Positions 10,268 to 19,780 are shown, counted from the stretch's first letter. The stretch is 64,000 bases of DNA from Minisyncoccia bacterium (GCA_046293175.1 JBKBPM010000002.1:19176-83175); one strand, 5' to 3'. Translations and numbers: made by a program. Notes: generated by a model from the sequence alone, not told the origin.

Positions 10268-10528
10268 GACAAACATGCTCATGCCCGCCGTTCCTTCTCT
10301 GGACCGGCGGGCGCTTTGTTTTTTGGTGATGTATTAGTTAGTCACAACACCATAGACCCCACCAATTGACAACCTGCATGACAGGTATAGAGTAATGAGA
10401 AGCCCAGCTGCCACAGGGACAGTGGAATGGGCTACTGTCGCGGATGGCCTCTAGCACCGCACAAGTGAACCACTCAGACATTCCTCGACTGAGCAAACTG
10501 TAACCAAAACAACCACAGGGATAAGACC

Positions 10529-10708
10529 ATGGATCTGCCGCTGGCAACGTTCAGCTACGATGAGCTCGAAGCCATTCTGAAAGATGGAGGTTTCGAGCCC
10601 GGAACCAATGAGTTCAATGACGAATTCAGAAGGCGCTATCGCGCCACTGACAACCACACTGGTCGCTACATGGAACGCCAGGAATGGCTCTGCAGCAAAG
10701 CTACATAA
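10529..10708 (+). CDS. Orphan 59-aa protein (not in ORF track)
   Basis: MDLPLATFSYDELEAILKDGG...WLCSKAT; AGGGA SD, TTGACA promoter at 10366, terminator near 10731-10755. Confidence 0.6.
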   Translation: MDLPLATFSYDELEAILKDGGFEPGTNEFNDEFRRRYRATDNHTGRYMERQEWLCSKAT

Positions 10709-10802
10709 TCTGCATCGAAACAGTCGATGGGCGCGCCATAGTTCGGCGCGCTTTTCTCTTACCCGCTCTTATTTCTATATTCTGCTATACTCAGAGAAAT
10801 CT

Positions 10803-12266
10803 ATGGACGCGACCATTATCTACCCACACCAACTCTTCCCATTCTGTGACCACACCGCTCTCGCTCCTGGACGTGTCGTATATCTCATTGAAGAACCACT
10901 CATTTTAACTCACAACCCCATTCACCGAGCGAAGCTTGTCCTCCATCGCCTGACTCTCAAAGCCTATGAAAGAGCTCTTTTGCAAGCAGGTTACACCGTC
11001 AACTATATTGAATTACTTAAGTATTCAACTACCGAAGAAATCTTTGCTCGAATTGCCAAAGATGGTGCCAGGACACTCCATATTTGTGATACCACGGATG
11101 ACTACCTTGAACGAGCGATTGATGCTGCATGTGCAACTCTTGGCTTCACCCGCATCTGGTACGAATCACCACTATTCCTTCTGCCAAAGGAAGAAGCTAA
11201 AGAACGGTTTGTAAAAAGCCGCCGGCATATGGCGAACTTCTACAAGAAACTCCGTCAGGATACGGGTATCCTTATGGATGACGGCGAACCACTTGGCGGG
11301 GCGTGGAGTTTTGACAGTGAAAATCGACAGAAGCTCCCAAAGTCAATCACGCTACCAGACGATATTACTCCCTACCCGAGTACACCGGCATATGTAGCGG
11401 CGGTCGCTTGGGTGAAAACCGTACCGGCCGAGCAATACGGCGAGGCCGTGTGGTATCTCCCGATCGACCACCAAGGTGCTGAAACATTTTTACATGATTT
11501 TTTGGTCAAACGATTTGCGCAGTTTGGACCGTATGAGGACGCCATGACGACCGAACACACCCGGCTCTTTCATTCTCTCCTCTCGCCCCTTATGAATATC
11601 GGTCTCCTCACATCTAAGTACGTAGTTGATACAACTCTTGCCTACGCCAAAACACATGAGGTGCCAATCGCTTCACTTGAGGGCTTTATCCGGCAGATTA
11701 TCGGCTGGCGGGAATTTATTCGTGCGAGCTACGAAGTCGATGGACGAGTAATGCGTGGTCGGAACTTTTTTAAGCACAAGCGGAGGCTGCCTGCTACATG
11801 GTGGACTGGCACCACGGGACTCCTGCCACTTGATACCACTATCTCGCGCGTTCTCCAATATGGGTACACACACCATATCGAACGACTGATGGTCGCCGGG
11901 AATCTCATGTTGCTCTCGGGCATTCATCCGCACGAGGCCTACCGGTGGTTTATGGGGATGTACCTTGATGCCTATGATTGGGTGATGGTCCCCAACGTCT
12001 ACGGCATGAGCCAATTTGCCGATGGCGGCAGCTTTGCCACGAAGCCCTACATTAGTGGCGCCCTCTATATAAAGAAGATGAGCAACTACCCAAAAGGTGA
12101 CTGGGAAGCCACCTGGACCGCCCTCTACTGGCACTTTATTGCCACGCACCAAGCGGTCTTTCAAAAAAATCATCGCCTCTCAATGATGCCGAAACTCCTT
12201 AAAAAAATGTCGAAAGACACTTACGACGAACATATGCGTCTTGCCGTGCAATGGTTCTACCACTAA
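10803..12266 (+). CDS. Cryptochrome/photolyase, bacterial (6-4) BCP-type lacking Fe-S cysteines
   Basis: PHQLF, GGAWSFDSENR, FGPYEDAM, GWREF, HHIERLM, WVMVPNV. Confidence 0.92.
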   Translation: MDATIIYPHQLFPFCDHTALAPGRVVYLIEEPLILTHNPIHRAKLVLHRLTLKAYERALLQAGYTVNYIELLKYSTTEEIFARIAKDGARTLHICDTTDDYLERAIDAACATLGFTRIWYESPLFLLPKEEAKERFVKSRRHMANFYKKLRQDTGILMDDGEPLGGAWSFDSENRQKLPKSITLPDDITPYPSTPAYVAAVAWVKTVPAEQYGEAVWYLPIDHQGAETFLHDFLVKRFAQFGPYEDAMTTEHTRLFHSLLSPLMNIGLLTSKYVVDTTLAYAKTHEVPIASLEGFIRQIIGWREFIRASYEVDGRVMRGRNFFKHKRRLPATWWTGTTGLLPLDTTISRVLQYGYTHHIERLMVAGNLMLLSGIHPHEAYRWFMGMYLDAYDWVMVPNVYGMSQFADGGSFATKPYISGALYIKKMSNYPKGDWEATWTALYWHFIATHQAVFQKNHRLSMMPKLLKKMSKDTYDEHMRLAVQWFYH

Positions 12267-12400
12267 AAAACCCTTACAAACCATCTCTCAAAAAGCCATA
12301 CATCGTTGCAAATATATGTTTCTATGGTATATTTACACTACGAATTGGTAGTCATTCCACTCCTACCCTGAAGTTTGTTTATCCATTAAGCCCACACAAT

Positions 12401-13066
12401 TTGCAAAACCAATCAAAGGACGCGTATACCCCAAAAGTAAAAACTCGTATTAATCAGGCTATCAAAGCCAAAGAGTTACGCGTGGTTGGTCCAGAAGGTC
12501 AAAACTTTGGTATTCTTTCGCTCGCCGATGCGCTTGCGAAAGCGGATGAGCTCAACCTCGACCTCATTGAGATTAGTCCAAACGCCAAGCCTCCGGTGGC
12601 CAAAATCATTGACTATGGTAAGTATCGCTACAACACTGGCCAGAAAGAAAGTGAAATGCGTGCCAAGTCACACGTCACCGAGACCAAGAGTGTACAGGTA
12701 AAAATCGGAACTGGTGAAAACGACCAGCTCCTTAAGGCCAGCCGCGTCGCAGAGTGGCTCGAAGAAGGCCACCGCGTGAAAGTAGACCTCTTCCTCTGGG
12801 GCCGCTACAAGTTCATGGAACCAGCCTTCCTCAAGGAACGCCTTGATCGCTTTCTCAAGATCATCCCTACCGAATACAAGATTGCCGACGAAATGAAAAA
12901 GAGTCCAAAGGGCTACACCACCACCCTCGAGCGTATGCCTGGTACCAAGGTCCAAAAGCTCAAGGATGCCGCAAAGCCAGTCATCGAAGAGAAAAAAGCC
13001 CCTGCCGCCCCCCAGAAAAACAAGAAAAAAGACCTCGATTCACTCCTTGAAAGCGGTCTCATCTAA
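12401..13066 (+). CDS. infC: Translation initiation factor IF-3 (start uncertain, TTG assumed)
   Basis: RINQAI..ELRVV, PPVAKIIDYGKY. Confidence 0.95.
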   Translation: MQNQSKDAYTPKVKTRINQAIKAKELRVVGPEGQNFGILSLADALAKADELNLDLIEISPNAKPPVAKIIDYGKYRYNTGQKESEMRAKSHVTETKSVQVKIGTGENDQLLKASRVAEWLEEGHRVKVDLFLWGRYKFMEPAFLKERLDRFLKIIPTEYKIADEMKKSPKGYTTTLERMPGTKVQKLKDAAKPVIEEKKAPAAPQKNKKKDLDSLLESGLI

Positions 13067-13299
13067 GATTAGAAAAACTCGAGAAAATACTCGGGTTTTT
13101 CATTTTCTTGCAAACCCCAAAAAGGAACTCGGGGTATTGATATTTATTGTGAAATAAGGTATATTTCTGCCACCTTGCCAGATCCCCTTTTGGCAACCCG
13201 ATCAATACTGTTGAGGTTTGTGATTATCAAAACGCTTCAAATTTCCGTTTTATAAGCACTCACTCAACGAACTTTACTTACCCATCTAACTGCACTGGT

Positions 13300-13527
13300 A
13301 TGAAAACCAACAAATCTTTCACCAAGCGCGTCAAAGTCACCAAAAATGGAAAGGTGGTGGCTCGCAAAATTGGTCAAAATCACTTCAACGCTCGCCAAAC
13401 TGGTCAGCAGCGCCTTCGCCGCAAGCGAACACAGCTCCTCAACTTCAGTAAGCGTTTGAGTCGCCGCTTCCTTCCAGGGATGGGTGCCAAGCCATTAGCA
13501 GAAACTACCGGCTCAGCCGCTAAATAA
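13300..13527 (+). CDS. rpmI: 50S ribosomal protein L35
   Basis: MKTNKS..KRVKVT..GK; synteny. Confidence 0.93.
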   Translation: MKTNKSFTKRVKVTKNGKVVARKIGQNHFNARQTGQQRLRRKRTQLLNFSKRLSRRFLPGMGAKPLAETTGSAAK

Positions 13528-13535
13528 ACCTTCAT

Positions 13536-13883
13536 ATGTCACGTGTAAAGGGAGGCCTCATGGCCCAAAAGCGCCGCCGCAACATCCTCGCTGAAGTAAA
13601 GGGTTACCGACTCCAGCGCTCAAAGAAGAAGCGCGTCGCTAAAGAAGCAATCTATCATGCCCAGCTCCACGCTTTTGCACACCGCAAAGACAAGAAGAAT
13701 GACTTTCGTCGTCTCTGGACTGTTCGCATCAATGCTGCACTGCAAGCACTTGATCTCAAGTACAGTCAGTTCATCCATACTTTGGATACCAAGGGGATCA
13801 AGCTCGACCGTAAGGTCCTCGCGACCCTCGCTAAAGATCGCCCAGAAGCGTTCAAGCGAGTAGTCGAAATAGCTACTAAGTAG
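13536..13883 (+). CDS. rplT: 50S ribosomal protein L20
   Basis: MSRVKG, FRRLWTVRINA, DRKVLA. Confidence 0.97.
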   Translation: MSRVKGGLMAQKRRRNILAEVKGYRLQRSKKKRVAKEAIYHAQLHAFAHRKDKKNDFRRLWTVRINAALQALDLKYSQFIHTLDTKGIKLDRKVLATLAKDRPEAFKRVVEIATK

Positions 13884-13948
13884 CTCTCCACACAAAGAAA
13901 ACCCGACACTAACTGGTGTCGGGTTTTCTGTTGTAGCCGAGGAATCAA

Positions 13949-14073
13949 AAGTAGTTTCAGAATTGAGTCGAGTTCGAGGAAGACAAATATTTGTGAGGGA
14001 GGCGTACTTTGAGGTACGGTAACTGAACAAATATGCCGTCTGACAAAGAAATCGGCCAATTATGAGACTGCTT
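13949..14073 (+). repeat. ERIC-like palindromic element
   Basis: CGAGG...GGCGTAC-loop-GTACG...GACAAAG core with paired outer arms. Confidence 0.75.
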
Positions 14074-15442
14074 AGAAGTCTATCTCGATTTCTTCATTAG
14101 CATTTGGCGCCTTCGCCTTCACCCCAAGATAGTCGCGGAGACGCTGCGTGAGGAATAGGGACGACCGCTCCTCCCCCATCACCACATAGATCCCTTTGAT
14201 ATCTTCGGCCTTCTCTGCCCCCTGCGCCACCAGATTAATGAGCTGGTCACGATCGGCATGTCCCGAGAAGCCGGCGATACGGGCGATACTCGCCCGGACC
14301 TTTACTGGCTTACCATCGATTGTGACCTTCTTGGCACCATCTTGGAGAATCCGACCAAGACTGCCAGCGGCCTGGTACCCCACAAGGAGTACGGTGGTCT
14401 TTGGGTCATCGAGGTAGTTTTGCTCGTGACGCTGGATACGACCGCCGTGACTCATCCCTGAGCCAGCGATAATTATCTTTGCACCCTTTTCCTCATCAAT
14501 CTCATGTGATTCTTTAACCGTCCTGGTAAACGAAAGACCGGAAAAATCAAAGATATCATCCCCACCCTTAATCTGGGCCTGTATCTCGGGCGCGAGATAC
14601 TCACGATAGCGCCGGTAGATATCGGTCACACTGATAGCTAAAGGCGAATCAAGGAAGACTGGAATTGGTTTCATGGCGCCACTTTCGACGAGGTTGTTTA
14701 TCTCAAGGAGCATCCCTTGGGTACGTTCAAGGGAGAAGGCTGGAATGATGAGCGTCCCACCTTTCTGTCTTGTTTCCTCAATATAATGCTGCAACAGTGC
14801 AGTGCGCTCTTTGACCTGTTCGTGGAGTCGGTCGCCGTAGACACTCTCCATGACGAGGTAATCATAACCAGTTGGTGGCACCGGCGGTGCCAACAGTGGC
14901 TGCGGCACATTGCCAATGTCGCCCGTAAAAACAATCTTCTGACCACCCCGTTCAAGGTGGACCATGCCCGAGCCGAGGATGTGCCCAGCATCCGTATAGT
15001 GGGCGGTCACACCATCAGGCAAACTAAATCGTTCGTCGTAGCCAACGGTCTTCCAGAGCGAAAGAGCGTGGTCGATATCACCCACTTCGTAGAGCACCTC
15101 GTAGCCGTAGCGTTCGTGCTCATATTCCATGACTTTTAGCGCATCCCGCAACATGATGTTTGCGAGGTCTTTGGTCGGATGAGTTGAGTAGATAATACCG
15201 TTAAAACCGTCTTTGACGAGCTTTGGGATACGACCAATATGGTCGGCATGCGCGTGAGTCACCAAGAGCACATCAACATCAGCCGGATTATACACAAATG
15301 GTATAGCATTTTGCTCCGCCGCAAACCGATCGCCTTGGACCAATCCACAATCCACCAAGAACGCGGCATTGCCCGTATCAAGCATAAAGTTCGCGCCTGT
15401 AACACTCCCTACTCCCCCATAAAATCCTAAGGTACTTTTCAT
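14072..15442 (-). CDS. Metallo-beta-lactamase / beta-CASP RNA-metabolising nuclease
   Basis: VDCG, THAHADH, AGHILGS, MESVYG, FSGHAD. Confidence 0.93.
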   Translation of the reverse strand: MKSTLGFYGGVGSVTGANFMLDTGNAAFLVDCGLVQGDRFAAEQNAIPFVYNPADVDVLLVTHAHADHIGRIPKLVKDGFNGIIYSTHPTKDLANIMLRDALKVMEYEHERYGYEVLYEVGDIDHALSLWKTVGYDERFSLPDGVTAHYTDAGHILGSGMVHLERGGQKIVFTGDIGNVPQPLLAPPVPPTGYDYLVMESVYGDRLHEQVKERTALLQHYIEETRQKGGTLIIPAFSLERTQGMLLEINNLVESGAMKPIPVFLDSPLAISVTDIYRRYREYLAPEIQAQIKGGDDIFDFSGLSFTRTVKESHEIDEEKGAKIIIAGSGMSHGGRIQRHEQNYLDDPKTTVLLVGYQAAGSLGRILQDGAKKVTIDGKPVKVRASIARIAGFSGHADRDQLINLVAQGAEKAEDIKGIYVVMGEERSSLFLTQRLRDYLGVKAKAPNANEEIEIDF

Positions 15443-15454
15443 GTGATTTGTCTC

Positions 15455-15850
15455 TTAACGGTTGTCATCCTGACGCTTGGTCAGTTTCATAAATTCAGTC
15501 ATCGTCCGGACCAGCATGTAACCAGTCACAATACCAGTGATACCACAGACGAGATCTCCCAAGGTATCTGACCAAAAATCGGGTTTCAGGCCACCATAGC
15601 GCAAGATACCAAACACCTCCCATCCAATCAGGGCGGCACTAAAACCAATAGCAGAAAGGTATGAAGGGAGTCGCTTCAAAGTCGGTGACATCTGGCGGAG
15701 ACTTGCGAACATAAACATGAGCACAATACCACCAAGGATATGCATGGGCATATCAAGCCATTCGTAGTGCCAGTAGAGGGATAGGGCTTCGGCCAAGGTG
15801 TGTAAAACAGCAAAGGTGACGCCAAAGATAATCGTAACTGCGTAGATCAT
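15455..15850 (-). CDS. Hypothetical membrane protein
   Basis: 4 TM; WLDMPMH..GG, WE, DTLGDL motifs. Confidence 0.7.
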   Translation of the reverse strand: MIYAVTIIFGVTFAVLHTLAEALSLYWHYEWLDMPMHILGGIVLMFMFASLRQMSPTLKRLPSYLSAIGFSAALIGWEVFGILRYGGLKPDFWSDTLGDLVCGITGIVTGYMLVRTMTEFMKLTKRQDDNR

Positions 15851-15963
15851 TATGTATATCGTACCATACAAACTCAGCCTGAAAATCAATTGATACTTCG
15901 TTGCTGTTTCGCAAAATGTCACTTACCGTATAAAAAATGACTCGTTCCATCTTACTCACGCTT

Positions 15964-16039
15964 CTTACAGAAGCTGTACACCTTTTGGAAATCAAGGATT
16001 TCTCAAAAGGTCTTGCGGCAGTTCCCCAAACTGCCTCAC
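15964..16039 (+). repeat. CTTACAG...CTCAC two-hairpin element, copy A
   Basis: CTTACAG-AAG-CTGTACA, stem CCTTTTG/CAAAAGG, TCTTGCG, stem GCAGTT/AACTGC, CTCAC. Confidence 0.85.
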
Positions 16040-16321
16040 CTGGTCTGAATTGATTATCAAGCCGAGTTAGACGAAAAAAACGCACTCTGGTGCGATTTTT
16101 TCGTGGGAACGACAGACGCATGCTCCTAGACGAAGTCCAGGTGGGCACCCTTTCCGATTTGTGTCTGAAATTTCTTGCGAATTCTCATTACTCCTCGCGA
16201 CTACAGGCAGCCCTGCGTGTTATATAACCGGAACATACGTGATGTCGTTCCTAGTACAGTATAACAAAAAAATTTTCTCACACCAAAGACTGAAATTCTT
16301 TGGTGTACATATGCATAGAAG

Positions 16322-16445
16322 AAAAGCGGGTAGATTTCGAGGAAAATATGAGGCACAAGAAAAAAGACCCGAGTGGGATAAATTATCCAGTACGGGTCTT
16401 TTTTCGAAGAGCAACAAAATAGTTTTCCGAAATCTATTCGCTTTT
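16322..16445 (+). repeat. ERIC-like palindromic element whose arm overlaps the ndk 3' end
   Basis: GAGGC...GAGTGGGAT/ATCCAGT...CAACAAA core; arms 16322-16339 / 16428-16445. Confidence 0.7.
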
Positions 16446-17036
16446 GCCGTCAAAGTTTACATCGTACATGATGCGTTCCTGTGCTGTCGTGTACTTCATG
16501 ATCTCATCTTCGGTGAACCAAAGAGCAATTTCACGCTCTGCTTCTTCTGGAGATTCTGAACAGTGTATAAGATTTCGTACTGAACGATTTTCGTATGATG
16601 AGTGACTATACGAGTCAACGGTGAAGTCACCACGAATTGTTCCCACATCTGAGGTAGTTGGTTCGGTCGTACCAACCAGTTTTGTCACCACCGCTACTGA
16701 TGCATTTCCTTCCCACACCATCGCCACAACTGGAGCAGCTTTCATGTAGTGCACAATCGTACGAATGATATCCTTTCCGTACTCAATAGCTTCTTTTTCT
16801 ACTGGACGACCTTGCGCCTTAAGGTCTTCAACGATACGAGTGCCCTTCTTGAGGAACCAGGCGTCATCCTTGTTGTAGTGCGCGAGAAGACGAGCTTCAT
16901 CAGCCATAAACATCTTCATGGCGGTGCACTTGAGGCCAGTGCGCTCAAAACGCTTGATAACCTCGCCAATCAGTGAGCGCTGGACGGTGTCGGGCTTTAA
17001 GATAACAAAGGTGCGTTCTTGGTGTGGGTGCTTCAT
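16434..17036 (-). CDS. ndk: Nucleoside diphosphate kinase
   Basis: ERTFVILKPD, GTIRGDF, RNLIHCS. Confidence 0.96.
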   Translation of the reverse strand: MKHPHQERTFVILKPDTVQRSLIGEVIKRFERTGLKCTAMKMFMADEARLLAHYNKDDAWFLKKGTRIVEDLKAQGRPVEKEAIEYGKDIIRTIVHYMKAAPVVAMVWEGNASVAVVTKLVGTTEPTTSDVGTIRGDFTVDSYSHSSYENRSVRNLIHCSESPEEAEREIALWFTEDEIMKYTTAQERIMYDVNFDGKSE

Positions 17037-17089
17037 GGTAAAAATAAGTTACAAAATAACGCCAGAACTATACCATTGTATGTATAAAA

Positions 17090-17200
17090 AGAAAAGATCT
17101 CGGGAACCCTTGGTAGCTATTCCCGAGACCAGTACAGTACAGCCTATCGCAGGCACGAGGAGTGGTGACAGTCGCTAGAAGGATGAGTTCGAACACGGCT
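17090..17200 (-). ncRNA. Candidate small RNA
   Basis: TATAAC -10, CAGCC/GGCTG closing stem, terminator 17096-17130 + T tract. Confidence 0.35.
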
Positions 17201-17235
17201 GATGTTATAAGTAATATGCCATACGTAATAAAAAG

Positions 17236-17318
17236 AAAAAAGGCCGGGCTTTGCGTCCGGCCAGGTCCAACAGGGAGGATGCCGCGCCATAACCCCGACA
17301 CGACCAGGGGAACCACTA
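17236..17318 (-). ncRNA. Candidate small RNA with CCUCCC motif
   Basis: TTGACA-17-TACACT promoter (17352-17324); GGCCGG stem + T6 terminator about 80 nt downstream. Confidence 0.5.
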
Positions 17319-17427
17319 CATTCAGTGTATGCCTGTACGTGGCTACTGTCAAAATAAATCTGGGACAAACAGATATACCCCGATCGATTGGAGTATTGTC
17401 AATATGAAATGTGAGGACGTTAACAGA

Positions 17428-18207
17428 CTAGACTTTCGTGAGTATCTCTGCCCCATGCTCGGTGATGGCGACGGTGTGTTCAAAGTGGGCACTCCAGGTA
17501 CCATCGGTGGTGTAGACGCTGTAACCGTCGCCTTCGTCATCAAAATAAACATCGGCTTTGCCGAGGTTTACAATCGGCTCAATGGCGTAGACGTGCCCCA
17601 CTTCAATGAGCGGTCCTTGTCCCGCTTTGCCGACGTTTGGAATGAGTGGCTCTTCGTGGACAGCATACCCTACCCCGTGACCACAGAGGACCTCAACTGG
17701 GCTCATGCCGCGACTACGGACAAATTCCTCAATCGCATGACTGATGTCCCCGATGTGATTGCCGGGCTTTGCCTCCTTAATGGCGTGCGCGAGTGCCTCA
17801 CGGGTACAGGCAATGAGCGACGAGGCCTCATTAGAAATCTCGCCCACCCCAACGGTTATCCCCGAGTCGACAATCATCCCCTTATGTCCAATCGACATAT
17901 CAAGATTCACCACATCCCCTTCTTTGAGGACGATATCAGCAGACGGAATACCATGCTGCACGCAGTCATTGACTGAAATACAGACCGCAGCCGGATAGGG
18001 TGTCGGGGCAAACGATGGATGGTAGCCAAGAAGGACTGGCTCGACCCCGTATTCTTCGACCATTTCCATAGCCAGGTCATCGAGATCAAGCGTCGAGACA
18101 CCCGGCTTTGAGGCCTCACCAAGACAACGAAGGATGGTCGCCAAAATGCGCCCCGCTTCGCGCAGTACTTCGATTTCTTCTGGTGTTTTCTTCTTAATAC
18201 CCGACAT
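17428..18207 (-). CDS. map: Methionine aminopeptidase type I
   Basis: HGIP, VNLD, GHGVG..HE, AIEP, SAHFEHT. Confidence 0.97.
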   Translation of the reverse strand: MSGIKKKTPEEIEVLREAGRILATILRCLGEASKPGVSTLDLDDLAMEMVEEYGVEPVLLGYHPSFAPTPYPAAVCISVNDCVQHGIPSADIVLKEGDVVNLDMSIGHKGMIVDSGITVGVGEISNEASSLIACTREALAHAIKEAKPGNHIGDISHAIEEFVRSRGMSPVEVLCGHGVGYAVHEEPLIPNVGKAGQGPLIEVGHVYAIEPIVNLGKADVYFDDEGDGYSVYTTDGTWSAHFEHTVAITEHGAEILTKV

Positions 18208-18269
18208 AATAAGGCTACTATAGAGGAAAAAGGACCTAAAGGCAACAAAAGATATTTATTCATCAATCA

Positions 18270-18402
18270 AAAATACTTCATTTAAATGAAGTATTTTGCT
18301 TACAGGATGCTCTTGCTTGATTAATTGAGAGCTGTACAAAAGACAAAACTTTTCTACCGGTAGAAAAGTTTTGTCTTTTGATTTAGGGGTTGGACCCCTA
18401 AA
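18270..18402. repeat. Three tandem palindromes
   Basis: Perfect 28-bp (18270-18297) and 44-bp (18337-18380) palindromes; TTTAGGGGT-TGG-ACCCCTAAA (18382-18402). Confidence 0.85.
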
Positions 18403-18423
18403 ATAAAGTAGTTCGTGGAATGT

Positions 18424-19017
18424 CTAGTCTAACTTAAGTCCAGCAATAATAGCAGCGTGGACTTCATCGATTGAGAGAGTGCCATCGATGTCGTGGACAC
18501 GGGTATTGGGGCGAGAGCGGTAGTACTCAATTACCGGCAGCGTTTCCTCGCGGTACCAACGGAGGCGCTCTTCGATCGAGTCACTGGTATCATCCAATCT
18601 AGCGCGGCTTTCCATACGTGCACGTACCACCTCCTCGGGAGTGGCAAGGTTCACCACATCAATATTGGAACGTTCGAAGAATTTAAACGCATCATCAAGG
18701 TCGGGGATCTGTCCGACGGTACGAGGGAAACCATCAATGAGGAGATGACTCTTGTCATCAAGCTGATCGAGCATGGCCCGCCCCCAAAGCACGGTCGTAA
18801 TGAAGTCTGGCTGCAAAATGCCGCTGTTAAGGGTGGTAGCAATTTTGTCTTCGGCAAAGGTTTCCTGAGTGGCAGCCAAGGCGCGGAAACGACGACCAGT
18901 CTGAATGTCGACCACCCGGCGGCGATCACGAGCTTCGAGGACGGCCTTCAGCTTTTCAATCTGTGTCCCCTTACCGCTCCCTTGCGGCCCAATAAAAATG
19001 ACTGTTTTGATATCCAT
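18424..19017 (-). CDS. adk: Adenylate kinase (short, no LID)
   Basis: GPQGSGKGTQ, IDGFPRT, R.DD. Confidence 0.9.
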   Translation of the reverse strand: MDIKTVIFIGPQGSGKGTQIEKLKAVLEARDRRRVVDIQTGRRFRALAATQETFAEDKIATTLNSGILQPDFITTVLWGRAMLDQLDDKSHLLIDGFPRTVGQIPDLDDAFKFFERSNIDVVNLATPEEVVRARMESRARLDDTSDSIEERLRWYREETLPVIEYYRSRPNTRVHDIDGTLSIDEVHAAIIAGLKLD

Positions 19018-19093
19018 CCCGCTAGAAATTAAAGTTACTCACGAAAGCAACAGAACTGAATAATGTAGATGTATTGTACCCGATTTCTAACGG
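19018..19093. repeat. CCGTTAGAAA/TTTCTAACGG inverted-repeat element
   Basis: CCCGCTAGAAAT...ATTTCTAACGG abutting the adk ATG; same motif at 33411-33485. Confidence 0.6.
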
Positions 19094-19159
19094 AAACCAT
19101 ACTGGTACAGTGTACCGATGTTAGATAAAAATACAAGAAAATGGTAGTCTGTTGTCATT

Positions 19160-19735
19160 ATGCAACGAGCAAAAAAGCATATCATAACTATAGCTGGCAA
19201 ACCTGGAAGCGGTAAATCGACCACCTCAAAGGGTCTCGCGGCCAGCCTCGGATACCTCCATTTTTCTTCAGGTGATTTTTTTCGTGCTATCGGCAAAGAA
19301 CGAGGATTTGATGTACTGGCTACCAATCTCCTCGCTGAACAAGAAAAAGCAATTGATGAAGCTGTTGATCAAAAACTTCGAGACCTTGGTGAAAAAGAAA
19401 ATCAGATGGTGATTGATTCTCGTATGGCTTGGCACTGGATGCCCTACTCTTTGCGAGTATACCTCGACCTCGATCTCACCATTGCCGCCGAGCGCATTCT
19501 TGGTCATATGGACGAAGCCCGACGTGCAGCGGAGTTCATTCCAGATTCTCCAGAACTCTACGCCAAAACACTACAGGACCGACTTGATAGTGAAAGTAAA
19601 CGCTACATGAATCTTTATAATGTTAATCCCTACGATCCATCAAACTACGATCTGGTTATTGATACGGCCACTCATAATATTCCTGAGGTACAAAAGATAA
19701 TTTTGGAAACTTATTCGAAATGGATTGAGCAGTAA
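19160..19735 (+). CDS. Cytidylate kinase-like (archaeal-type) P-loop kinase, paralog 1
   Basis: ITIAGKPGSGKST, SSGDFFR, IDSR, YDLVIDT. Confidence 0.85.
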   Translation: MQRAKKHIITIAGKPGSGKSTTSKGLAASLGYLHFSSGDFFRAIGKERGFDVLATNLLAEQEKAIDEAVDQKLRDLGEKENQMVIDSRMAWHWMPYSLRVYLDLDLTIAAERILGHMDEARRAAEFIPDSPELYAKTLQDRLDSESKRYMNLYNVNPYDPSNYDLVIDTATHNIPEVQKIILETYSKWIEQ

Positions 19736-19780
19736 AAAACTGCAGACTGACGCTGCGGGTGAACATGCTATACTACCAAC

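Noticed and set aside
13929-13954. Possible relic of the rplT 3' end
   Set aside because: Similarity is too weak and out of frame; it overlaps an ERIC-like arm.
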